The notes beneath the pieces were generated by a model. It was not told the origin of the DNA. It was given only the letters and a program-made list of their open reading frames with translations, and made no database searches. Both the position numbers and the translations under genes were made by a program. Positions 9,917 to 16,639 of a stretch of 47,473 bases of DNA are shown here, piece by piece; position 1 is the stretch's first letter; each line of letters begins with the position of its first letter. Source of the DNA: a virus (lineage: Duplodnaviria; Caudoviricetes); the IMG/VR virus record IMGVR_UViG_3300011405_000006, positions 1-47,473 of that record; one strand, 5' to 3'.

Positions 9917-10474
9917 CTAAGAACCAGTTCGTAAGAATGACCACTGAGTTAGCGGGTCAAATCCAAGCACCTGCCAACTGAATTTCGATTGACCACATCT
10001 ATCTAAAATGATGTCTACTCCCCACGCGCCGGTATTGTCACTTGTAGCTCTGTAGGCGATTACATCCTTACTAATCGAGCCATCAGGCTTAACGAAGTAA
10101 CCCCATCTCGCATCGGAAGATTGTAGCGTCTTAACGATTAAATCTAAAAACTGCCAACCACTCTCACCGTAAGTCTCAGGGCATGACTTACCGAGTAACA
10201 CCAGATTAGAATCAGCTACCTTTTGTGCAGTAGCCTGAGCAGTCACTGGAATCGGTAGTGGAGTTTCTACTGGTGGTACAGTACCAGGAGGATTAGTGAT
10301 TGGAGCAGTTGGATTAGGGACTGGAGCGAAATTAACTATGTCATGAATGTCTATCGTATTGGTGTTCGAGTTTGAATTGTTGTTATTGATCGTCGGCCCG
10401 ATGAAATTGTAGTCACATGCTGTTGCTAGCACAACAGTTAGAACGAGGAGCGCGCACTTCTTAGTCAATTTCAC
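9917..10474 (-). CDS. Lipoprotein
   Basis: Basic N-terminus, hydrophobic stretch and lipobox LATA-C, then an N/P/T-rich linker and a globular domain (RWGY...DVIAY...VDII). The start may be the TTG two codons in. Confidence 0.75.
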   Translation of the reverse strand: MKLTKKCALLVLTVVLATACDYNFIGPTINNNNSNSNTNTIDIHDIVNFAPVPNPTAPITNPPGTVPPVETPLPIPVTAQATAQKVADSNLVLLGKSCPETYGESGWQFLDLIVKTLQSSDARWGYFVKPDGSISKDVIAYRATSDNTGAWGVDIILDRCGQSKFSWQVLGFDPLTQWSFLRTGS

Positions 10475-10481
10475 TCCTGAA

Positions 10482-10691
10482 TTATTTGCAAGTCACGATA
10501 GCAGCCGAACCAGAGCGAAGGAATACCGCACCACTCATGCCACCTGATGTGAATGCGGCCCATGTCGTGCCATCCATTGATGTTTCACACGCAGCAGATG
10601 ATGTGACTAGACATAATTGAGCTGGGAGTGCATATGTCGTATTCGCTACAAGGACTGTTGGTGTACCTACTGGTAACAATTGAACTGGCAT
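10482..10691 (-). CDS. Small beta-rich hypothetical virion protein
   Basis: 69 aa, coupled in the operon. Confidence 0.6.
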   Translation of the reverse strand: MPVQLLPVGTPTVLVANTTYALPAQLCLVTSSAACETSMDGTTWAAFTSGGMSGAVFLRSGSAAIVTCK

Positions 10692-10692
10692 C

Positions 10693-11406
10693 TTATGTCC
10701 CCTTAAACACGGCTAATGCCGCTGACCACGCACCGGCAGTTACATCAGCCCACGCACAACTCTGCGTAGTTCCGGCTACACCAGTCAGAATACGTGAATC
10801 TGCTTCACCTACAATCCATGCGTTAGTCAGATGTTCAAATTCTTCTGTCCACGCTGGACTAACTGATTGAACCGTAATGGATGCGACTGATGGATCTATC
10901 GTATGTGCCGCCACTACAATGACTTTATCCGCAGTTAGTGCTGGTGTCGTTCCAGTTCCTGGTGTAGATGTGGAACCACCCGCGCCTATCTTCTGGTCTA
11001 ATGCTAATCCAGCTCCAACACCACCCACTTCAATAGCCGTCGCCATAATTGATGTGGCGACACTACTAACTGTTAATGTCAGAGTGTATGGTGCTGTTAC
11101 AGCATTTAATTTCGGTAAGTAGTAGATACCAGTCCGATTCACTCCATTCAATTGATTGTGGACTAGAGTGAACGAATTACCCTGATTGTCTACTAGAGAG
11201 GTGAAATCACTTCCACCACGCCAGATGATGACTGGTACAATGATTCCATTTCCTACTTGTGGTGGAGTAACGAATGTATGAGTGACTGGTGCTCCAGATG
11301 AACTAATTCCCCATTTACCTGTACCCTGAACACGCGCCAATGAAGATACTGGTGCAGACGCACCTAGACCAGCTAGTATGTGCTTCCGCTTTAGGAGACT
11401 CGACAT
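10693..11406 (-). CDS. Beta-rich (T/G/V/A) accessory virion/adhesin-like protein
   Basis: Two repeated beta-sandwich-like halves; operon position. Confidence 0.55.
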   Translation of the reverse strand: MSSLLKRKHILAGLGASAPVSSLARVQGTGKWGISSSGAPVTHTFVTPPQVGNGIIVPVIIWRGGSDFTSLVDNQGNSFTLVHNQLNGVNRTGIYYLPKLNAVTAPYTLTLTVSSVATSIMATAIEVGGVGAGLALDQKIGAGGSTSTPGTGTTPALTADKVIVVAAHTIDPSVASITVQSVSPAWTEEFEHLTNAWIVGEADSRILTGVAGTTQSCAWADVTAGAWSAALAVFKGT

Positions 11407-11407
11407 C

Positions 11408-11908
11408 CTACTTCTTCTCTTTACCTAATACTTTCTGTGACAATGCAGCAGGAGTACCATCAGTGAATGTGAAGTTCATGGTGTTAGACAGTACACCCTG
11501 TTCACTCAATACGCCGACAGGTAGTACAGCAGGTGCAGCCCACACACTCATGTTCACGCCTGTAGTCAGTTCTGTTGCAGAGACGAATGTAGTTGGTTCC
11601 TCGAATCCGTTGAAGATGATCTTGCTGAGTGATGTGAAGTTCGTACCATGTACGTGAATGGTGAAGTTCGGATCTCCAATCTCAGCACTTGATGGAGTGA
11701 GTGATGTGACTGATTGGACTTTCACTGACCCACCAGTGAGGATGAGACTGATGGCGATGTATGCTTTGTCCGAGAAGCGCGAGTCTGAACATGCTTTGTC
11801 CAGTACTTTCTTCACATACATCTTCTGTTCATCCGTTACAGGTAGAGCAGGAGATGAGAAAAGTACTGGTGCGAATGGATCTTGATACAGAGGTTTTACA
11901 AGTAACAT
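11408..11908 (-). CDS. IPT/TIG (Ig-like) domain protein
   Basis: VTSLTPSSAEIGDPNFTIHVHGTNF...IIFNG...TTFVSATELT...SNTMNFTF matches the IPT/TIG pattern. Confidence 0.8.
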   Translation of the reverse strand: MLLVKPLYQDPFAPVLFSSPALPVTDEQKMYVKKVLDKACSDSRFSDKAYIAISLILTGGSVKVQSVTSLTPSSAEIGDPNFTIHVHGTNFTSLSKIIFNGFEEPTTFVSATELTTGVNMSVWAAPAVLPVGVLSEQGVLSNTMNFTFTDGTPAALSQKVLGKEKK

Positions 11909-11926
11909 CTCTCATCTCCCTTTCAA

Positions 11927-12262
11927 CTACTTCGGTTCTGGTGTCTGTGGCAGTTCGTTGTCAGGTACGAGTACAAGACCATGACACGCGAGCCACTTGA
12001 CGACGAATTTACCACCCGGACGTGGGGGCCACACTGTGACTGGAGGTGTTGGCAGAGTATTGTCTGGACCGAGTGTGGGATCGAACGGATACACAGGTAG
12101 TGTGATGATGTGTCCGCCTCCGGGGAGGCTGTTATCGGGGTGTCCGTATGATGGGAGTGAATTGTCTGGATGCCCACCGAAACCCGGCACACCATATGAT
12201 GGGTCTACTGGCTGTCCACCATCTCCGACGAATGTGATGATTGCTCTAACTGATTGTGGCAT
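11927..12262 (-). CDS. Proline-rich protein with four PDNxLP repeats
   Basis: HPDNSLP twice, GPDNTLP, VPDNELP; AAGGA RBS. Confidence 0.7.
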   Translation of the reverse strand: MPQSVRAIITFVGDGGQPVDPSYGVPGFGGHPDNSLPSYGHPDNSLPGGGHIITLPVYPFDPTLGPDNTLPTPPVTVWPPRPGGKFVVKWLACHGLVLVPDNELPQTPEPK

Positions 12263-12263
12263 G

Positions 12264-12836
12264 TTATTCCTTTACTTCAATGGTCTCGAAACTACGTTCG
12301 TCCCTAAATGTAGGGGCGAAGATTACGAACTGGGGAGATTTCTGTCCGTCCTCTACTGCTGTCTGAGCAGGAGGCTCAAGATCTTTAATGATGCCGGACA
12401 TATTCTTAGCAATTACTGCCAAGTCCTTAGCATCTGTGTAGTCCAGTTTTTCCTGAGTGATTGCATTCAACGCACCATGCAGCGTTCGACTAGCCTTCTT
12501 TATGGCCCGTTGACGTGACTTATTGATGTGTTGAATGATGGAGGACTTCGGTGTGTCGTATGATGTGGTGGATGTTGCGCCCTTCGCATACGCGGAAACT
12601 GATGATGCCGATATGCCGAACTCTGATGCGAATTCTATAGCGGACTGTCGTCCGTTTATTACGCTCTCCTCACCTATGAGTGCGCGCAGACTATCGGGCA
12701 CATTGTTGTCGCCGTCTTTACGACCGCGCACAGGCTTCTCTACAACTAGACCCTCTACAACATGAGACTCTTTCTTATCCTTAGTGTTGGATAATTCTGC
12801 GAGAAAAGCATCATCATCAACTAAACCAATCGGCAT
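12264..12836 (-). CDS. Terminase small subunit candidate (HTH)
   Basis: First gene of the late operon; HTH-like QSAIEFASEFGISASSVSAY, two helices, then a C-terminal beta strand. Start moved to ATG 12836 because of the GGAG RBS and because the promoter lies inside the longer ORF. Confidence 0.55.
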   Translation of the reverse strand: MPIGLVDDDAFLAELSNTKDKKESHVVEGLVVEKPVRGRKDGDNNVPDSLRALIGEESVINGRQSAIEFASEFGISASSVSAYAKGATSTTSYDTPKSSIIQHINKSRQRAIKKASRTLHGALNAITQEKLDYTDAKDLAVIAKNMSGIIKDLEPPAQTAVEDGQKSPQFVIFAPTFRDERSFETIEVKE

Positions 12837-12858
12837 GGCATACTCCGGGGCCGGGTCA

Positions 12859-12887
12859 ACTATACAGGTTTTCTGTCTGTTTGTCAA
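12859..12887 (-). promoter_or_regulatory. Sigma70-like promoter for the late operon
   Basis: TTGACA (12887-12882), 17 nt, TATAGT (12864-12859). Confidence 0.8.
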
Positions 12888-13212
12888 TAGGCTAGAACGG
12901 CTCAGGTTCACTCAGGACGGGGGTTCGCTCGCGCTCACCTTCTGAGTGGCCCTCCGATCCTCTCATCGTTCCTATCCTTATATAGAGGCTCAGAGAACCT
13001 ACTAGATGGGACCAGTTCAGGGAACCGGAGTCCCTGACCTTTTACATGTATCTATTACCTCCTTTTTATCTGTGTATGGGACCCTTTTCATCTACATGTA
13101 ATTTACCTGACACACTTTCATCCTGACACATGTGATTTCAATAAGCCGACTTGAGCAAGTTCGATGATACTATCATTCTCATGGGTATACCGGCCTATCA
13201 CACGTGTGCGTA

Positions 13213-13261
13213 AATGTCAAGAAAAAAAAAAATAAAGTTCGATTTTTTTTTTCTTGACATT
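13213..13261. repeat. 19-bp inverted repeat carrying back-to-back TTGACA boxes and A11/T10 tracts
   Basis: AATGTCAAG-A10 (13213-13231) is the reverse complement of T10-CTTGACATT (13243-13261). Confidence 0.9.
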
Positions 13262-13282
13262 CGAGCCGCGACCTGTCATACT
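13254..13282 (+). promoter_or_regulatory. Sigma70-like early promoter
   Basis: TTGACA-17-CATACT with an extended -10 TG and an upstream T-tract. Confidence 0.7.
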
Positions 13283-13560
13283 TGGACTGGTGCCCATGAG
13301 TCGGCCAAAGATAGGTGTTGACAGGTGGGGGTCGGGTATGGTAGGCGCACCTGACCTACATGTAACCTGGACTACTTTTGGCAGGTCACAAGTCAACAAT
13401 CCAGTTATGAGATTGTTTCCCTTTCTGCCGTGGGTGTGGTATTCTTCCCTTGCCCGACACGGAGTCGCAAGTTGACAGCCCGAAGGGCAAAGTTCAGGGA
13501 CGGCGCCAACGGCGACTCCCACGCGAGATGCGGCCAACAATCGTAGCAGGGAGAGTGAAA

Positions 13561-13926
13561 ATGAAAGACGAAAAGGATGTAGCAGAAGCCAAGACCGCTT
13601 GGACTGTGGCACTTCCGACACCCATCACGTATGAATTCGCGTGGAAGACATACGAGAATGATGCGGAGTTTGAAGCCACACCCGGCGCCGCTCTGACGAT
13701 TGCAGAGCAGCGTGCAGTCCGCGACAACGAAGCGAAAAACAATGCTCGGCAACAGGCATTGGCACTCGCTCTCAAGGAAGCGGGTTACGTGCGGCCAACG
13801 GCTGAGAACAATGAGCAGGTTCGCCTCAAAGACATGCACAAGGTTCTCATGACGTCGAAGAAATACACTCACGCGGAAGCCCGTGAGATTGCGGCTAAGA
13901 CGCTCGGACTCGTTTGGGCCGACTAG
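13561..13926 (+). CDS. First early gene, hypothetical helical protein
   Basis: GGGAGAG RBS before ATG 13561; 121 aa. The ORF-track 5' extension overlaps promoter/leader sequence. Confidence 0.75.
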   Translation: MKDEKDVAEAKTAWTVALPTPITYEFAWKTYENDAEFEATPGAALTIAEQRAVRDNEAKNNARQQALALALKEAGYVRPTAENNEQVRLKDMHKVLMTSKKYTHAEAREIAAKTLGLVWAD

Positions 13927-13939
13927 TAACACCTACATA

Positions 13940-13969
13940 CTCCAGCCCCGTCAATACGAGGGGCTGGAG
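13940..13969 (+). other. GC-rich hairpin (processing/termination signal)
   Basis: CTCCAGCCCC/GGGGCTGGAG 10-bp stem with no U-tract. Confidence 0.6.
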
Positions 13970-13998
13970 ACTAACCCGGAAAACTACGAGGTAGGAAC

Positions 13999-14235
13999 AT
14001 GACGAACCGAATCCCGAAAGATGTTCTGCTGGCACTCACCCCCGAAACATGGGGCGAATGGTATGACGCGCAGAATGTCGAATTGCGCGCCGGTATCATG
14101 GTCGCCGTCGATACGCTCATCGACCGACGCGGACTGAACGCGCGTGAGGCTATGGTGACAGTCTACGCCATCATCGAAACGGCCAAGCTGGACGAGCTTG
14201 ACCGCATGATGAACCTGCCGCACTCGGTGAACTAG
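13999..14235 (+). CDS. Hypothetical early protein
   Basis: GAGGTAGGA RBS; 78 aa. Confidence 0.75.
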   Translation: MTNRIPKDVLLALTPETWGEWYDAQNVELRAGIMVAVDTLIDRRGLNAREAMVTVYAIIETAKLDELDRMMNLPHSVN

Positions 14236-14248
14236 GCTCCACCTACAG

Positions 14249-14283
14249 ACCGGGCCACGCCTTGACGGGTGGCTCGGTTCTTG
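14249..14283 (+). terminator. Possible intrinsic terminator
   Basis: ACCGGGCCAC/GTGGCTCGGT stem followed by TCTTG (weak U-tract). Confidence 0.5.
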
Positions 14284-14361
14284 CATGTAATTCCCGCTTG
14301 CGAAAAATCGACCTGGCTCCTCGACCTCGACCTCGACCCGCGGCCCCATGAGCCAGGGGTA

Positions 14362-14690
14362 CATAATGTGCGCATAATGTGCGCGATTATGTGTGCGCAT
14401 AATCATCCCTCACATGTAAGAGCAAAACCCACATGTAATTTATGTGCGTAATTTCCGCCTGATGTGTGCGCATTAGGGCACATGACCTAACCTAATCACC
14501 CAGCAAAAGAAAGAGCATCATGTAATTTATGTGCGCGATTCTTACATGTAATGTGTCCTGAAAACACCACACCCCTCTCTCCCTCCCTACAGGTATATAG
14601 GGCACGAGAGCATCCAAATAGTTGGATTGGTTTTGGCTTTTCTTGTTTTCTCTTTTTTTTATTTTTTTTTTTTTTACATGTAATAATTAA
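14362..14690. repeat. Non-coding region with ATGTG(TG)CG repeats, CATGTA boxes and T8/T14 tracts (origin-like)
   Basis: About six ATGTG(TG)CG copies in 14365-14537; CATGTAATTTATGTGCG duplicated; poly-T at 14653-14675. Confidence 0.7.
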
Positions 14691-14710
14691 ATGTAGCATC
14701 CCGAGGACAC

Positions 14711-14739
14711 TTGACATGGCTCTCAAGGCATGATACACT
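14711..14739 (+). promoter_or_regulatory. Sigma70-like early promoter
   Basis: TTGACA-17-TACACT with an extended -10 TG and AT-rich upstream sequence. Confidence 0.85.
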
Positions 14740-14802
14740 GGGGACAGAGGGAGGGGGCCGGCCTCTACAGAGTACATTACATGTAGGCTCAGGAGGTAAA
14801 TC

Positions 14803-15156
14803 ATGGGAAAGCGTACTAAACACACACACAAATACATGAGACAACAGTTGAGCAAGTTCAATACTGGATGGCGTTGTGTGTTGGATTACTGCGAACACTA
14901 TTTACCACGTAACGTGGAGGATACAATCGAAGGGAGGATGTCGGTGTGTTGGGGATGTAGTGAGGATTTTAAGTTGGACTCCTACGCGCTCAAGGACGAT
15001 AGACCCATGTGTATTGACTGTAGGACACCAGATGAGAAGAAAGAGATTGACGACGAATTGGATATTCGTTTGAAAATCGCGGCACGGGATAGAGTGGACG
15101 CATTCAGTGTCACAATGGCGCAGATTGAACAGTATCGCCGGATTATGGGAGAATAA
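14803..15156 (+). CDS. Cys/His-rich zinc-binding hypothetical protein
   Basis: AGGAGGT RBS; C-x4-C-x-H, CWGC, CIDC. Confidence 0.75.
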   Translation: MGKRTKHTHKYMRQQLSKFNTGWRCVLDYCEHYLPRNVEDTIEGRMSVCWGCSEDFKLDSYALKDDRPMCIDCRTPDEKKEIDDELDIRLKIAARDRVDAFSVTMAQIEQYRRIMGE

Positions 15157-15158
15157 TT

Positions 15159-15404
15159 ATGGACAGAGAACTTAAGAAGCTGATAATTGAAGAATTCTTG
15201 AATAGAGAAACACACAGAATCAGCAGGTCCATGTTATTGAGGAAAATGTGGATGCATTGTGAAAGCGGAAATCAGTTAGATGATGTAATGTCACAGTTCT
15301 GCGCAGCTGGCATGATTGATAAGGAAATAGTCTACATTATGCCGCAGAAACAGGTTGACGAACTTACACGGCTATACACCAACATGAAGCCACAAATGAA
15401 GTAG
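15159..15404 (+). CDS. Stand-alone winged-helix-like protein, paralog of the C-terminus of the 27562..28839 ATPase
   Basis: Hand alignment gives 42 identities in 68 aligned residues. Confidence 0.8.
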   Translation: MDRELKKLIIEEFLNRETHRISRSMLLRKMWMHCESGNQLDDVMSQFCAAGMIDKEIVYIMPQKQVDELTRLYTNMKPQMK

Positions 15405-15422
15405 GGAATTACATGTAATTTG

Positions 15423-15460
15423 GACCCCTAGGTTGCCTAGGCATAGGTCGCCTAGGGGTC
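15423..15460 (+). other. Long hairpin with a GGCA (GNRA) loop
   Basis: GACCCCTAGGTTGCCTA-GGCA-TAGGTCGCCTAGGGGTC. Confidence 0.7.
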
Positions 15461-15479
15461 GTCCCCGTAAACCCTTACC

Positions 15480-15492
15480 AATCAACGACTTA
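15480..15492 (+). promoter_or_regulatory. IHF-consensus site
   Basis: AATCAACGACTTA matches WATCAANNNNTTR, 7 nt upstream of a -35 box. Confidence 0.5.
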
Positions 15493-15499
15493 CGACCCC

Positions 15500-15528
15500 T
15501 TGACTTCTCCCCGGCCACCTGATAAAAT
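15500..15528 (+). promoter_or_regulatory. Sigma70-like early/middle promoter
   Basis: TTGACT-17-TAAAAT with an extended -10 TG. Confidence 0.85.
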
Positions 15529-15611
15529 CGAGGTCCGGCGCAAGCCCCGACCGGGTTACATGTAATCCCTTACATGTAGCAGCTACAGCCGATACCGAAA
15601 GGACGGGCCAC

Positions 15612-15794
15612 ATGAAACGGTTTTACTGCACAGTATGTAAGCGCATCAAGCGGGTTCGGAAGTATCCTGCTAACGTAGTCACGCCTAATGCCGAAACGGT
15701 CACGAATCGTGTAGGCTCATGCTCCTACCACACCATTCCACGACACGACACGGCACGTAATCCGCGTAATGTAGCGCAGAAAGTAGGCGCCTAA
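15612..15794 (+). CDS. Small basic CxxC protein
   Basis: AAAGGA RBS; FYCTVCKR...CSYH. Confidence 0.7.
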   Translation: MKRFYCTVCKRIKRVRKYPANVVTPNAETVTNRVGSCSYHTIPRHDTARNPRNVAQKVGA

Positions 15795-16457
15795 ATGTTG
15801 AACAATATTCGTAAAGGCGACTGCGACTGCTGTCCTAAGACGGATGTAATGCTTACGCCGTCACTGTTTGACATTCACATGATGCAATGTGACGATTGTG
15901 CTGCAAAAGAGGCGCGCACTCAGGCGGCGCAACAGACAATCGACGCGGCGCGGAAACTAGACGATTCAATCGAACTGAAAGCAGACATTTTCAACGCGGC
16001 TACAGTGTCTTTTGTAGAGCTTGAAGCGGCTGTGATGAATGATGATGCAATTCCAGCAGACCAGAAAAATTACAAGGTTGCGGAATTGGCTGATGAACGC
16101 ATTAAGAAATTGAATCCTGTAATTTTCGAAGCTGAAGAAGCATTACTAAAGCTGAAGAATGAACGCTACATGTGGATTGAACAGACTCAAAAAGTCGTAG
16201 CAAAACTACGAGTTGACCATCAGGCGAAATTCAAGCAATACAACATGAATTACAAGCCTGAAGCACCATCGAAGAAAGTTAAGACTGTTACACCTGCTGG
16301 ACCATCACGTAAGGTCACATTCGACAAGGCTGCGGTGTATGCTGCGGCGAAAAAGTATGGAGTTCCTGCGGCTCAGGTTCAGTCCATCATTGTGTCGAAA
16401 GGTCTTTCGGCGGAAGGCGCGGCAAAGCATTTCGCGGAGTTAATGGGCCTCATCTAA
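15795..16457 (+). CDS. Hypothetical protein (N-terminal Zn-binding, coiled coil, C-terminal HTH-like)
   Basis: CDCC...CDDC, a long helical region, and AAAKKYGVPAAQVQSII. Confidence 0.75.
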   Translation: MLNNIRKGDCDCCPKTDVMLTPSLFDIHMMQCDDCAAKEARTQAAQQTIDAARKLDDSIELKADIFNAATVSFVELEAAVMNDDAIPADQKNYKVAELADERIKKLNPVIFEAEEALLKLKNERYMWIEQTQKVVAKLRVDHQAKFKQYNMNYKPEAPSKKVKTVTPAGPSRKVTFDKAAVYAAAKKYGVPAAQVQSIIVSKGLSAEGAAKHFAELMGLI

Positions 16458-16486
16458 TTTCCACGTATCCGAAAGGACGTGACTAC

Positions 16487-16639
16487 ATGACGTACTACAT
16501 CGTAATCAGTCAGTGGCCGCACCGGGAAATTGCATGTTTCGGCACGTTGCGGGACGCGCAGATTTTCCTTGTTTCTGAACATGGCTACAAACTAGCGTAT
16601 CCCATCATTGTCTCTCAGAAAGTGGGGGACAATGACTAG
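16487..16639 (+). CDS. 50-aa hypothetical protein; absent from the ORF track
   Basis: AAAGGA RBS; MTYYIVISQWPHREIACFG...KVGDND; overlaps the helicase start. Confidence 0.55.
   Translation: MTYYIVISQWPHREIACFGTLRDAQIFLVSEHGYKLAYPIIVSQKVGDND

Larger units (their letters stand above)
13043..15578. repeat. Cluster of TACATGTA palindromes (operator/iteron-like)
   Basis: Exact copies start at 13043, 13093, 13357, 14543, 14675, 14778, 15410, 15557 and 15571; near copies at 13127, 14282, 14411, 14430 and 14517. Confidence 0.85.

Noticed and set aside
12837-12911. N-terminal extension of the TerS candidate
   Set aside because: It contains the late promoter; the RBS supports ATG 12836.
13470-13510. 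c-di-GMP-I riboswitch (GGCAAA...GGACG)
   Set aside because: Only fragments match; the GNRA-capped P2 and the GCAAA-P3 arrangement are missing.
13217-14898. ORF-track entries across the control region (13217..13621, 13254..13475, 13405..13932, 14269..14451, 14496..14861, 14551..14733)
   Set aside because: They lack an RBS, cross promoters and homopolymer tracts, or are antisense to better genes.
13043-15578. Repeats as a CRISPR array
   Set aside because: The units are only 8-17 bp and irregularly spaced. The Cas4-like nuclease sits in a recombination module with no cas1/cas2.
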